Shown here: positions 31,732-41,911 of the stretch, one piece after another
Position numbering within the stretch: position 1 is the stretch's first letter
Layout: every line of letters starts with the position of its first letter
From: Epithemia pelagica
Taxonomy: Eukaryota > Protista > Bacillariophyta
Direction of reading: 5' to 3'
Length of the DNA stretch: 64,000 bases
NCBI GenBank assembly: GCA_946965045.2
Contig: OX337231.1
Coordinates: 1,736,001-1,800,000, forward strand
Program-made: the position numbers and the translations under genes
The notes under the pieces: generated by a model
Told to the model about the DNA's origin: nothing
Database searches by the model: none
The model's input: the letters and a program-made list of their open reading frames with translations, nothing else

Positions 31732-34275
31732 CTAAACATTTTTGTAGAAATGTTGAATTTCTTTCACAACACGAACAACGTCTGGTTCCACCCATTTTTT
31801 ATCCACAAACATGACAAGATGTTCGGGTTTCATCTTCATTAGACATGTTGCTCGGCAATGGTAATTGTTAACGTCATCATATTCAAATTGTTCTACTTTT
31901 CTGTACCTGTGCCTGATGCAACAATCTTCATATTCAATCAAGTTGTTGCAGCCTGCACATTTTGCTCGTCTACCACGTGATGGTACCTTTTGTCGAAGTG
32001 AGAACCCTTTTGGGATTCGTTGTTTTGATGCACTCTTTGGTTGATTACTTCTCCAATGAGAAATAGTCATTTGTTCCGAGTTACTTCTTTTCCTTTTTTC
32101 TTTTCTGACATCGTCAGTATTTTTCTTTTCTTTTCTTCCTATTATTTCTTGAGACAGCTGCCTCAAAGACTTCGACATGCTCATTGTGTTTGTCATGCGA
32201 TGTCTCACAACATTGTCCATTTCCAATAGTTTTTCCCATTCAATTGCTGATTCGTCAGTATCAACCATTTTCTCATCGACCACTTCATATGTTGCCACAT
32301 TCAATTCCATGCTACTTGTCATGAGATTCTTACACTCTTCATTTGAGTAAAAATGGAAAGTAGGAGTGCCATCATACTGTATCCATCCTTCGTTACATTT
32401 GATTAATGCTATGAAATGTTTCCGAATGCGGTCAAAAACTGTACAACCTCGCAGAATCAATGTTTTACCTTCAATGGTATACTCTCTTGGAATTTCATTC
32501 ACGGCATTTGGGTTATGTTTGTGTAATTTTTGATCCCAAAACTCTAAAAGCAGAGTATGTGGCCATTTGATTTCACGGGCTGTTCCAATATTGCCAGTGT
32601 CTGAACCACATTCACATTTGACTCCAGTCAGCCATTTTGTACTGCATGGCCCAATGTACTGGAATAATTTTTCAAACAGAGATTCAGGGGCTGCGACATT
32701 TGCTGGGAAACAGTATGTGCTATATTGCACAGTATTTTCTTTTTCTTGATTGACTCTTCGACAACCCCCTTCTCGACGACAAACAAATCTGTTTTTGAAA
32801 TGGGTTGTGATGCTGACTTGTAGGGGATGTACAGTCTCAATTCCTTGGATGGTTTCCAAAATTGTTTCGTCTTTCAACAGTTCTGAGTAATTGTAGAATC
32901 GTTCAGTTTCCCCATATGCATCGAAAACAGATCCTACCAAGCCCTCCATTCTTTTCATTTCATGGGCCTCCCACTGTGATTTTAGCAATGTTTTTATCCA
33001 GCGCATTCGTATATCATCGTATTTGTTTTCCATCAACTGAGAAAAGGTGTGAGATAAGAAGCTGTCTTTCACTTCAAGTTCTGGGTACGAAGAATGCAAT
33101 TGCCCAACATGCCATGGTACGTAGAATAAAACCAGAAAGCAATCTAGTGAGCAGCTGTTTGATAAAACTCCACGTATGCCCCATCTTGGGCCCCGGAATA
33201 TGTGTTCCTTGGTTGTAAAACTGAATTGAGATGCTTCCTTTTCCATCTCTTCTGATGCATGTTCAGCAGCTCTGAACAACAAAGTCTGACTAACAGGAGT
33301 CTTGTCTACTCCCGGGATTAAAGTAAAGTATTTTATAGCCTTTCCTCTGGAGTCTGGTTTTTTGGATACAACTGCATCACTTTGTAGACCGAAGTAGCCA
33401 AGACCTGTCTCCACAATGATGGCATCGTCATCATCATCAGAGGAGTCATCAGGAAGTGCTCTCACTTCAACGATCCTTGACCTGTGTGATTCGACTCTCA
33501 AGTCTTTGACAACATCGATACCAAGCATACTATGATAAATCATATCATTCACACAGAGAGTGTCTTGATAATTGCTCTGTTCACTGTGGATTTCTGGAGG
33601 AGTACTGGCTGGATTTGGTTTCTTGTTGTTGTTGCTATCTTCTTGTGTCTGAGGCATACTTGTGTTCTCATTGTCTCTGCTCTCTTGTTCGTATGATGGA
33701 ACCAATTCATCTGGGATATTCTGTAAATCAAGCTTCTTTTGTTTTCTTTGTTCTTTAATAGGTTTTTCTATCCTCAGACTTTTGTTAGTATCTGGTGCTC
33801 GACCATCATTCTTGACATGTCTTTTTTTCCTTGGAGTAGCCGACCGTGGGTATTGAGCATATGCTGTACTCATACCTCTGGCTGTAAGTCTTCGATCAAG
33901 TTCGAACCTGTTGACAAACTTGAACGCTGCAAGAATGGACTCATTAACACCCATCTTTCTATTTTTGTTCATGAACAAGTACTGAAACTGTTTTCCGACA
34001 TTTTCCTGTGCATTTGTCGAGGTAGAAAGCCTCGAGAATCGTGATTTCTCTTCTGTGGTGAATTTTTGACAGGCAGGGAAGAATCCAGATGCTCGTTCTG
34101 GGTGCAAATACCTTTGTAACCATGGGGACACCTTTGGAAATTCAGATGCCATTTCTTTACAAGCCCGAGAAAATTCATGGATGCTAAGTAGACGTTTTCC
34201 TGTGGCATATACATAGGTAAAAATAGAAATATTTAGACGAGAAATCAAGACTAAAGGCAATATTCTCTTTATCAT
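31732..34275 (-). CDS. Fusion ORF: putative DDE-transposase C-terminal tail + USP-like cysteine protease + PARP-type zinc finger
   Basis: N-terminal PWLQRYL...STNAQE...NDGRAPDT; Cys box SNSCSLDC; His box HFIALIK....WIQYDG; C-terminal SRGRRAKCAGC..I...YHC...C. Confidence 0.6.
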   Translation of the reverse strand: MIKRILPLVLISRLNISIFTYVYATGKRLLSIHEFSRACKEMASEFPKVSPWLQRYLHPERASGFFPACQKFTTEEKSRFSRLSTSTNAQENVGKQFQYLFMNKNRKMGVNESILAAFKFVNRFELDRRLTARGMSTAYAQYPRSATPRKKRHVKNDGRAPDTNKSLRIEKPIKEQRKQKKLDLQNIPDELVPSYEQESRDNENTSMPQTQEDSNNNKKPNPASTPPEIHSEQSNYQDTLCVNDMIYHSMLGIDVVKDLRVESHRSRIVEVRALPDDSSDDDDDAIIVETGLGYFGLQSDAVVSKKPDSRGKAIKYFTLIPGVDKTPVSQTLLFRAAEHASEEMEKEASQFSFTTKEHIFRGPRWGIRGVLSNSCSLDCFLVLFYVPWHVGQLHSSYPELEVKDSFLSHTFSQLMENKYDDIRMRWIKTLLKSQWEAHEMKRMEGLVGSVFDAYGETERFYNYSELLKDETILETIQGIETVHPLQVSITTHFKNRFVCRREGGCRRVNQEKENTVQYSTYCFPANVAAPESLFEKLFQYIGPCSTKWLTGVKCECGSDTGNIGTAREIKWPHTLLLEFWDQKLHKHNPNAVNEIPREYTIEGKTLILRGCTVFDRIRKHFIALIKCNEGWIQYDGTPTFHFYSNEECKNLMTSSMELNVATYEVVDEKMVDTDESAIEWEKLLEMDNVVRHRMTNTMSMSKSLRQLSQEIIGRKEKKNTDDVRKEKRKRSNSEQMTISHWRSNQPKSASKQRIPKGFSLRQKVPSRGRRAKCAGCNNLIEYEDCCIRHRYRKVEQFEYDDVNNYHCRATCLMKMKPEHLVMFVDKKWVEPDVVRVVKEIQHFYKNV

Positions 34276-34416
34276 GTGTTGATATTATGCCAAATGTTCG
34301 GAGTTGGTTGGGAACATACTTATAGTATTGTATCTAGATACTACAGAAGAAAAAAGTTTTCCCGAATGTCTGTCAAAAAGCTACCTGAAACTCCGAATGT
34401 CTGTCAAACAACTACC

Positions 34417-34524
34417 CGGAAAGTCTGTCATTTCACTTTTTCAGGCCTGAATAGCGAAATGACAGACATTCGGAAAGTCTGTCATTTCACTTTTTCAGGT
34501 CTGAATAGCGAAATGACAGACATT
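34417..34524. repeat. Two tandem 54-bp units, each a nested palindrome
   Basis: Units 34417-34470 and 34471-34524 differ at one base; each contains GTCTGTCATTTC...GAAATGACAGAC around TTCAGG(C/T)CTGAA. Confidence 0.95.
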
Positions 34525-34755
34525 CGGGTAAACATTCGTTTTTAGAGTTAGGGTTAAAACTTTATGAAGTTGAAGTGGCACTGATAAGACAAGAAGGGCT
34601 AAAGTAGAGTGCCCTTTTATTATTGATGGGTGCATGTGGAAGAGCACCTGTGACATGGAGGGAAACCGGATGGTCTGTCCGTATGTCAGCCTACATTTTG
34701 AAAGTTTATCCGAAAGTCTGTCATGAAAGTCTGTCATTTCACTCCTCTCTTCGTG

Positions 34756-36651
34756 ATGGAGGATCCATGGGCGGATGTATTTGCAAAGGCTGAGGGAACT
34801 AGTTCACCTTCTTATGATGCGTTAGCCGACAGCAATGGTGTGGAAAAGAAGGACGACAAAAGAGCGCTTGGTGAACAGAAGAAGTCGCCCTTTTCGAAAT
34901 CCACAAAGAGAAGGAAACGAAACACTGATAAATCCATTCAACTGGCATGGACACAGCATCTGCAATCACGGGGCCAATTTACTTCATTGCGTACTCTGAG
35001 GGAGAATCCAACAAATGACCATGTTGTTTTGAAGGAACGACTTATTGGAGGAGGATGTAAGGGCTGGAAATACGGTGTTGACGGCCAATGTAGATCATGC
35101 GGACAGTCATCGTTTCGACACCGAACTATGTCAGCAATTACACTCGACAAGTATTCATGGCCGCTCCATCTGTATTGGAGTTTGCGCAATCTAAGATATA
35201 CAGCAATCATATACATTCTGGACAACCTAAAAATGAAAAATGTGTCATTGAGTCGACCCCTGGCCGAGATGAAACGACTATATAGCATGTTCCATGAAAC
35301 AAAAACGCACTATTGGGATCATATAGATGAGCCATGGAATGATTTACTGAAGCAGCTTCAAGATATTGATCAAAACAAGACGTCTGGAATGCTACGTATG
35401 CTGAGACTGATTATATCCTGTGATGCTTGCTACTACAAACTATACTATGCCGATTTGACAGCTCGTCATGATACAGACTCGGATCCATGCTTTATTCCAC
35501 ACCCAACCTTCTATCTTGGGGAAGCCTACCTTTCTGGCGACTTGCATAAAGTTGTCGAAAAATGCTCCATACACTCAACACTACAAGGGTCGGATGAAGC
35601 AGCAATGAATCGATACAACATAATCATGGCCCCAGAACTGATGCTCAACGAGAAGGAAGACGCTTTGACTTGCTTGCACCAGATTCGTTTTCTTGAAACA
35701 GCCGTCCTCTTCAAAGTTGTTAGAAACGCTGTACCAAATAATGGCAGTTCACAGGAACTGTGGGAGATTCAAACACCAAAAACTGGAAGCAAATGGCAGC
35801 ACGAAACTCCTGCTCCCCCAATAGTGCAGGAATGGAGAAACTCTGCTCGCGACTTCCTGACTCATCTTTATGCATACGCTACCATCCCATCATCTCATGT
35901 TGATGAAATTGCAAACTTCTCCTCCAAGAGTACAATCGTGGAGCTGGGCGCGGGGACAGGATATCTTGCATATTTGCTGAGACAGCGAGGCGTCACGGTT
36001 CGAGCTTTGGATTGTTCTCCTACTCAAATGGACCCTCTTGTCAACACCAATCGAAAACAGAAAGTAGAAACAAATAAGTACCACGGAGCCACACCTTCAT
36101 TTTCACTTGTTGAGCGTGGGCAACTTGAGTCATTCAAGAGAGTGTTTCGCGAATTACGACAGAAGAAACAGACCTGCACGCTACTTCTTTCTTACCCTCC
36201 TCCTGACTCTGAGATGGGATTCCATGCCTTGAAGGCGTTCGTCGACATGGGTGGGACAAAGTTTGTTTATATTGGAGAATTTCAGGGTCTCACCGGAACA
36301 AAACAACTTGACTTGTTCCTTATGAAGCACGGAACGCAGAGTCACACTTCTGTGGCTTGTCCTACATGGGGAACAGATGCAGCCAATATCACATTCTGGA
36401 CATTGGACTCAAAAGAGCGTCAGACTTCCTTGCCGCTCATCGTATGCGATCGTTGCCGGGCAAAGCCCGCATGTCAACGACTCCGAATCATGCGATATCT
36501 TCATTACTGCAGTGATGTGTGTTGGCTTGATCATCGGGCGTCAAATGCTTTCCGTGACCACTTAGTTTGTGCCGGCTTGGAAAATCACATGGAGGACGTC
36601 AACCGATTTTCCTTTGGTGATCCAAACCATTTCCTTAAACTTTCCTTCTAA
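34756..36651 (+). CDS. Class I SAM-dependent methyltransferase-like protein with C-terminal MYND-like zinc finger
   Basis: IVELGAGTGYLA, LLLSYPPP..MG..AL and YIGE..G.TG; C-terminal CDRC...YCSDVCW.DH. Confidence 0.75.
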   Translation: MEDPWADVFAKAEGTSSPSYDALADSNGVEKKDDKRALGEQKKSPFSKSTKRRKRNTDKSIQLAWTQHLQSRGQFTSLRTLRENPTNDHVVLKERLIGGGCKGWKYGVDGQCRSCGQSSFRHRTMSAITLDKYSWPLHLYWSLRNLRYTAIIYILDNLKMKNVSLSRPLAEMKRLYSMFHETKTHYWDHIDEPWNDLLKQLQDIDQNKTSGMLRMLRLIISCDACYYKLYYADLTARHDTDSDPCFIPHPTFYLGEAYLSGDLHKVVEKCSIHSTLQGSDEAAMNRYNIIMAPELMLNEKEDALTCLHQIRFLETAVLFKVVRNAVPNNGSSQELWEIQTPKTGSKWQHETPAPPIVQEWRNSARDFLTHLYAYATIPSSHVDEIANFSSKSTIVELGAGTGYLAYLLRQRGVTVRALDCSPTQMDPLVNTNRKQKVETNKYHGATPSFSLVERGQLESFKRVFRELRQKKQTCTLLLSYPPPDSEMGFHALKAFVDMGGTKFVYIGEFQGLTGTKQLDLFLMKHGTQSHTSVACPTWGTDAANITFWTLDSKERQTSLPLIVCDRCRAKPACQRLRIMRYLHYCSDVCWLDHRASNAFRDHLVCAGLENHMEDVNRFSFGDPNHFLKLSF

Positions 36652-36712
36652 TCATTTCACGGAAATAGATAAGGGTTATAGACGGGGTGACACGAACGCC
36701 ATTTTTTGCTCG

Positions 36713-38860
36713 TCACCAATCACTGGTGTTATTGTCCTTGTTCTTGGCACCAATCTTACGAATTCTTCGAGGAGCGCCCGTCACGGGATCCGTCTGATCC
36801 CACGCAACAGCAGCATTCCTTGTCAGAAAGCGCAGTGGAACAGCGGCAGGTTGTTGCTTGTTCGACAAGCGTTTTGCATTAGTGTTTGAACGGACATCGT
36901 GCCCAAGAAGAGTATGTGCCTTTCTTTCCAGTTCATTTGACTCGCGAAAATCTGGTGCAGGTAATTCTATTGAATGCTTGGCCATGAGCTTCCTTTCAAT
37001 CCTTTCGATGTCTATGTCGTGCATGTGCCCATGAAAGACGGCAACCTCGGCGATGGCACCTTCCCCACCAGGACCTTGCCCATTGCATAATGTGAGACCG
37101 AAGCAGTGATCGGAACCGATGGTGAGACCATCTAGCATGGCATGAGTTGGCTTTAGTTGTTGTGGAGACAAATCATCTGAAGGAAACGTCTCGGTAGGTT
37201 CATCTATTCCATCAATGCGTATCCTGCTGTCGCAACCGTCAAACACAGCAACATAACAGTGCCATGAACCTGGTCCCAACTGGCCCTGAATCAAAAGTTC
37301 TGGGTCACGGTCAACTTCGGCAATCTTGTCGGCTGATCCTTGGAAGATGCAACGACAGGAAGAGGATGACGATATGCCTGTGCCGTAGCTCTCAGCACTG
37401 GAGTCATCTCTTTGAACTCCTTGAGATACTGGTGCCTGATCACTACTAAAACCGCAGTTTCTCCTTTGTAGGACTCTCTTGGTGTCATCTCCTTCCCATC
37501 TCTCAGTCGCGATGCAAACTGGACTAAGTTCAGTCATGTCCTCCACATCGTCGCTTGGATATAAATGACCATGGGCAAGCTCAAATCGGCCATGGAGACC
37601 AGACAAAAAGCATCCATCTTCGGTGGCAATTCCCACGCAGAAGAAGGTTATAGGCTCTGATATAGGCCCACAGGCAAAAGGTGGAGTTATCATACATAAC
37701 GCGCTGTCGCCAGAGGCATTTAAGAATTGCAATGAAACGGGAGGTTTCGATAGGCTCGGTTCAAATGCTCTAACGAGTCGGGGAAGCAGCTCCCTCTGCT
37801 GCTGTCTTCTCTGGTGAAGAACTTCTTCTTTGCTGGACCTCTTTCCGACAGACACGAATTGATTCTGAGAGGTCGAGGATGCGCTTCTTGAAAGTGGTGT
37901 GATTGTCCCGGAATGCGGACGGTTATTTTCGTTCATAATCTCTTGCTGCTTATAGCATAGACAGTAGCTTTCTGGTCGAGCAACACTAGCTCCTCGCACA
38001 AGCAAATTGGTCTCGAGAGGTTGACATTCACAGCACGATAGTAGAAGAGCATCTCGTTCCGACGAAAGAGGGAGTGAGTCAAGTAAGTTATTCAAAAATG
38101 ACTGTGTGTAGCCAAAATGGCGAAGAACTTGGTGTGCTGTTTGGTATCCACGCCATTCTTCAGCCAGCACCACATCGCTTGAATGGTCCATGCCATCAAC
38201 TGCAAAGTTTTCTGGTGGATGATTGGAGCTGTTGAATGGATCCATGTTTGTCATTCTGCAGCAACAAGTTGACACAGTCGCAGCAGACGACTGATGTTGC
38301 AACTCAAAACGTGCTGAAGCAGGAGGCGGATTCGTCATAACTCCCGTTTTGTCGGCATCTACGCCTGATGAAACCATTTCTCGTTGAGTTGCAGAAATCG
38401 TGGAAATTGCCTCCGCGTTTGTCTTCTCCTCATGGAATTGGTTTTCCGACAACTGCAAACCCAAAATTCCTTCCGGCGCAAACCAAGCGACACAAAATGC
38501 TTCATCTGTGTTGTCTTCTTCTTGTATTCTTGCGTCAGTCTCCGAGCGGTTCTGGCAATTTGCACTATTCAGTTCTTCGGAGCATTTCAAGAGTCGATCA
38601 ACAAGACTGTGCAAGAGAAGCGGATACCTGCGACGATTGGAATATGGAGAACACTCAATACTTCTGTTTGAGGCTCTTCTGCAAAGATGATCAATTTTGG
38701 TGGAGATGCAGAGGGTGTTGACCACAGTTTTTCTCCAAGAAGCACAAACATTGGACACATGGGCCAATTCCACATCTGAACAAATGCCATGATGAATGAT
38801 CCATTCCAGCGCCACTTCCGGAAAACCGGTCTCTGTCTCCATTGACTTTCCTCCCATCAT
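36713..38860 (-). CDS. F-box-like N-terminus plus C-terminal ConA/LamG-like domain
   Basis: FPEVALEWII...L.HVSNVCASWR; WHCYVAVFDG...IRIDG, LTIGSD and GAIAEVAVFHG. Confidence 0.6.
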   Translation of the reverse strand: MMGGKSMETETGFPEVALEWIIHHGICSDVELAHVSNVCASWRKTVVNTLCISTKIDHLCRRASNRSIECSPYSNRRRYPLLLHSLVDRLLKCSEELNSANCQNRSETDARIQEEDNTDEAFCVAWFAPEGILGLQLSENQFHEEKTNAEAISTISATQREMVSSGVDADKTGVMTNPPPASARFELQHQSSAATVSTCCCRMTNMDPFNSSNHPPENFAVDGMDHSSDVVLAEEWRGYQTAHQVLRHFGYTQSFLNNLLDSLPLSSERDALLLSCCECQPLETNLLVRGASVARPESYCLCYKQQEIMNENNRPHSGTITPLSRSASSTSQNQFVSVGKRSSKEEVLHQRRQQQRELLPRLVRAFEPSLSKPPVSLQFLNASGDSALCMITPPFACGPISEPITFFCVGIATEDGCFLSGLHGRFELAHGHLYPSDDVEDMTELSPVCIATERWEGDDTKRVLQRRNCGFSSDQAPVSQGVQRDDSSAESYGTGISSSSSCRCIFQGSADKIAEVDRDPELLIQGQLGPGSWHCYVAVFDGCDSRIRIDGIDEPTETFPSDDLSPQQLKPTHAMLDGLTIGSDHCFGLTLCNGQGPGGEGAIAEVAVFHGHMHDIDIERIERKLMAKHSIELPAPDFRESNELERKAHTLLGHDVRSNTNAKRLSNKQQPAAVPLRFLTRNAAVAWDQTDPVTGAPRRIRKIGAKNKDNNTSDW

Positions 38861-39103
38861 CTTTAAGGAAGCGCCTCACCCACTTCACTTGTCAATGACC
38901 CGGTGACACAGAAGAAGTTCATCGTCATCTGAGGAGCAACGCCGTGTGTTGGACGCACCTTCTTGAGCGACTTGTATGCGACTGGTACAATGCACCGGGA
39001 CCACGACCAAGAAGGGAATCTTGAATCTTTTCGATCAACACGTTTGGCCATCAGCATCTTTCCCCAATAGGTAACTCAAAATGAGACCCCGTCGATCTAC
39101 AGG

Positions 39104-40222
39104 ATGCCTCCTCGGATTGTCTTAACGTGCGTCCTCATCCTTTCAATGGCGTTGGTTCCTTCGTTCGTTGTTTCTAGTCCATGCTTCCTACATGCAAAAC
39201 GAAAAGAACTTTGCCTGGGTAACTCGCTCGCTTCTGTGGGTGGCAAGCAGCTCGATCACCTTTATTGGCCGGGAAGCGCCGAATCTGAGGTGCCACAGCC
39301 ACGGGAGGACGGAGCTGATTTTCTCGGAGATCGACGAGATGCTCTCAACGCCATTGGTATGTTATCTTTCGCAGGGGCGTATCCGAAAGCGGCCACAGGA
39401 GTAGGATTAACGAGAAGACATGAAAATCCCGATGGAAACGTTCTTTCCGATCTTCCGCCTATCCCAACCGACTGCGTTCGTTTGTTCTTATGTCGACATG
39501 GACAAACCGAGTACAATAGACTTAAACTTGTTCAGGGATCAAGGACAGATGCAGAAATAAATGAAAATGGGGTTCGACAGGCCCAACTTCTAGGGAATGC
39601 ACTTTCCCACGCAACTCCGTCACCCGACGTCATATTTCATTCGTCCCTGTCAAGAGCAAAACAAACTGCTGCATTGGCTGCACAGCAATTTCCATCATCT
39701 ATTCACGCTCCCACGTTGAAAGTTCTCCCGGATCTGGGAGAGATTGATTTCGGTGGAGTCGAAGGTGTGTCAGTCGACGAGGTTCGGGCGAAGATGGTCG
39801 CAATCTATTCCACTTGGGCAGTCGGAAACATTGATACGAGAATGGCTCGTGACGGAGAAAGCTTTCGAGAAATATTATTGCGGGTCAAGAATGCGCTTGG
39901 CTCTTTGATCAATTCTGCCCAGTCATCTGAATCTCGCTGCGTGGCGGCCGTTACCCATTCCACCTATCTACGGATTCTATTGGCCGTCATACAAGACATT
40001 CCCTTAGCTCAGGCTTCTACAATGGAGCAGAAGAATGCGTGTATCAATGTCATTGACTTCAGTTTCAAAGATAACACAGCACTGACGAAAAAGTTGGTAC
40101 CAAACAGTAATCTTTTTGGAGGAGCATTGTCCCATGCTCCCCAGAACTTTTCGATCGAGATACCGGTTGGAATGGTTCTGAGGACTGGAGAGAAACGTCA
40201 TCTTGGTAGTCTAGCTATTTAG
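39104..40222 (+). CDS. Histidine phosphatase (phosphoglycerate mutase-like) with leader peptide
   Basis: LFLCRHGQT.YN, SSLSRAKQTA, L.EIDFG, GESF and VTHS motifs. Confidence 0.92.
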   Translation: MPPRIVLTCVLILSMALVPSFVVSSPCFLHAKRKELCLGNSLASVGGKQLDHLYWPGSAESEVPQPREDGADFLGDRRDALNAIGMLSFAGAYPKAATGVGLTRRHENPDGNVLSDLPPIPTDCVRLFLCRHGQTEYNRLKLVQGSRTDAEINENGVRQAQLLGNALSHATPSPDVIFHSSLSRAKQTAALAAQQFPSSIHAPTLKVLPDLGEIDFGGVEGVSVDEVRAKMVAIYSTWAVGNIDTRMARDGESFREILLRVKNALGSLINSAQSSESRCVAAVTHSTYLRILLAVIQDIPLAQASTMEQKNACINVIDFSFKDNTALTKKLVPNSNLFGGALSHAPQNFSIEIPVGMVLRTGEKRHLGSLAI

Positions 40223-40339
40223 ATCACTCACATCAAGCATTCAGTTAGTATGAGGTGGCAGGAACCTTTTAACACGAGTATTTTAACACCATTCATTAGC
40301 CTAATTGAATTAACAACAAACCAAATGCGGGTGTAGCCA

Positions 40340-41911
40340 CTAGGCCCGTCTGCTCTTGACGGTTGGAACAACAGTCTTCTTGATTCGTTGGTCGTCCAAG
40401 ACATTGAGCTTCTGCAAGCCCTCCTCTTCTTCTTCAACACATTCAAATCCTGCCATGGCTTCAAGAAAATCCATGGCACCCTCGCCTTCCACTTGATACA
40501 TCACCTGCTGAAACTCATGTACATACCTGTTAGCACTGCTATTATTTTCAGGCAAGCGACCTTGGAATATGCGAATCAAGCGTTCTGCCTTGTTGACAAA
40601 AAAATAACATACATCGGTCTCACAAAAGCCATCAGAGTCTCCTTCGATTTTCTTGACATTAACTTCGTTGTTGGAAGGGTCGGGGTGGCTCAGGTAAGCT
40701 TCCACAATCTCCATCAGTTTTCCGTGGATTGCACTGTTATTCCAATCGAGCAAGTATCCTGGTTTGATTGGGAAGTATTCAATGTTCAAGAAATAGATGA
40801 TTCGTTCCGACTTTTTGTACGGAGGAATGACATCATCGATTTGAATAATAAAAATGACTGCAATAGCGTTCAGAATGGCATCCACCATATCATTTACAGA
40901 CTGCACAAAAAAGAAATTGAGGACGAACAAGCTGTATCCCATGACAATATTCACGCAATGATTATTGAAGAGTGACCACCAACGGTGCGACTTGACGCGG
41001 TAGCTTGTGTACTTGTCGTAGGGGCAAAGCTTGCGCATCCTTCGATTGAAGTTAGCAACACGATCAATATCTCTACCCAAAAGGAAAAAGAAGTATCCCA
41101 GAGCAATCGCGTTGATGATCAGGATACCAGCCCATTCCTTATCGTGCCCGTCGTCGTCCTTGAGCCACACATCTCCACGATTTTGATATGTTCGTTTTAT
41201 TTCGTTGCCAAGAAAGTAGAATAAGTAAAACATGCCCAGGTAGGTGACCGTGACTTGCAGTGAATTAAGAATATATTCTCCTCTGTCCCCATCAGGGCTG
41301 TAAAAGAAAGCAGCTTCAAAAATGTTGTAATCATGCCCTTTCAAAAGTTTCAGTTGAATATGAGCTGACGCCAAACGTACTGGATTGACATCCTCTCCAG
41401 TCATATGTATAGCTGCCACTGATCCTGTTGTATAGGGATCACATGCCCCTTCTTGTTGTTCCAAGTCAACGCCATTCACTGCGTGGTCTTCTTTACGGCC
41501 TTCAGCATGTGCACCGTTGCGACCGCTATCCTTTGAAACAAACGAACTTTTAGCCTGTGTCGCCTCATCGCCATTTGTGCTTTCGTCGATATTGGTGACA
41601 TCGGGAAGTCCCTCACTGGGCTTGCCTTCATCGGAGAGATATTTTGTTCCACCATCGTCGAAACGTGCATCATCACCATTGTGGGTATCTTTCTGTTTGT
41701 CGCGTTCGGCCAGTCGCTCTACTATCACAACGAAGAGGCCGCCATCATCGTCCAGTAACGATGGTGTGTAAAACTTGTCGTAGTCCTGGTAACCTCCAAA
41801 GACGAAGGCAATGGCATGGTTCAAACGGTGCAAAGTCATGATGTGAGACACGAATTTGCATATGTCGTGGAGATTTTGTCTCATTTTTCTTGCCTCCTCA
41901 CGACTCATCAT
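40340..41911 (-). CDS. Uncharacterised multi-pass membrane protein
   Basis: Long ORF with about four hydrophobic segments, the last ending AILNAIAVIFIIQIDD. Confidence 0.65.
   Translation of the reverse strand: MMSREEARKMRQNLHDICKFVSHIMTLHRLNHAIAFVFGGYQDYDKFYTPSLLDDDGGLFVVIVERLAERDKQKDTHNGDDARFDDGGTKYLSDEGKPSEGLPDVTNIDESTNGDEATQAKSSFVSKDSGRNGAHAEGRKEDHAVNGVDLEQQEGACDPYTTGSVAAIHMTGEDVNPVRLASAHIQLKLLKGHDYNIFEAAFFYSPDGDRGEYILNSLQVTVTYLGMFYLFYFLGNEIKRTYQNRGDVWLKDDDGHDKEWAGILIINAIALGYFFFLLGRDIDRVANFNRRMRKLCPYDKYTSYRVKSHRWWSLFNNHCVNIVMGYSLFVLNFFFVQSVNDMVDAILNAIAVIFIIQIDDVIPPYKKSERIIYFLNIEYFPIKPGYLLDWNNSAIHGKLMEIVEAYLSHPDPSNNEVNVKKIEGDSDGFCETDVCYFFVNKAERLIRIFQGRLPENNSSANRYVHEFQQVMYQVEGEGAMDFLEAMAGFECVEEEEEGLQKLNVLDDQRIKKTVVPTVKSRRA

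Larger units (their letters stand above)
30127..34724. mobile_element. Putative DNA transposon derivative bounded by 26-bp inverted repeats (MULE-like?)
   Basis: ATGACAGACTTTCGGATAAACTTTCA (30127-30152) is the exact reverse complement of 34699-34724. Subterminal repeats, a visibly AT-richer interior and one large intronless ORF. Confidence 0.6.

Noticed and set aside
30121-34758. TTCGTGATG as a definite 9-bp target-site duplication
   Set aside because: It overlaps the left inverted repeat and lies 25 bp outside the right one; may be chance.
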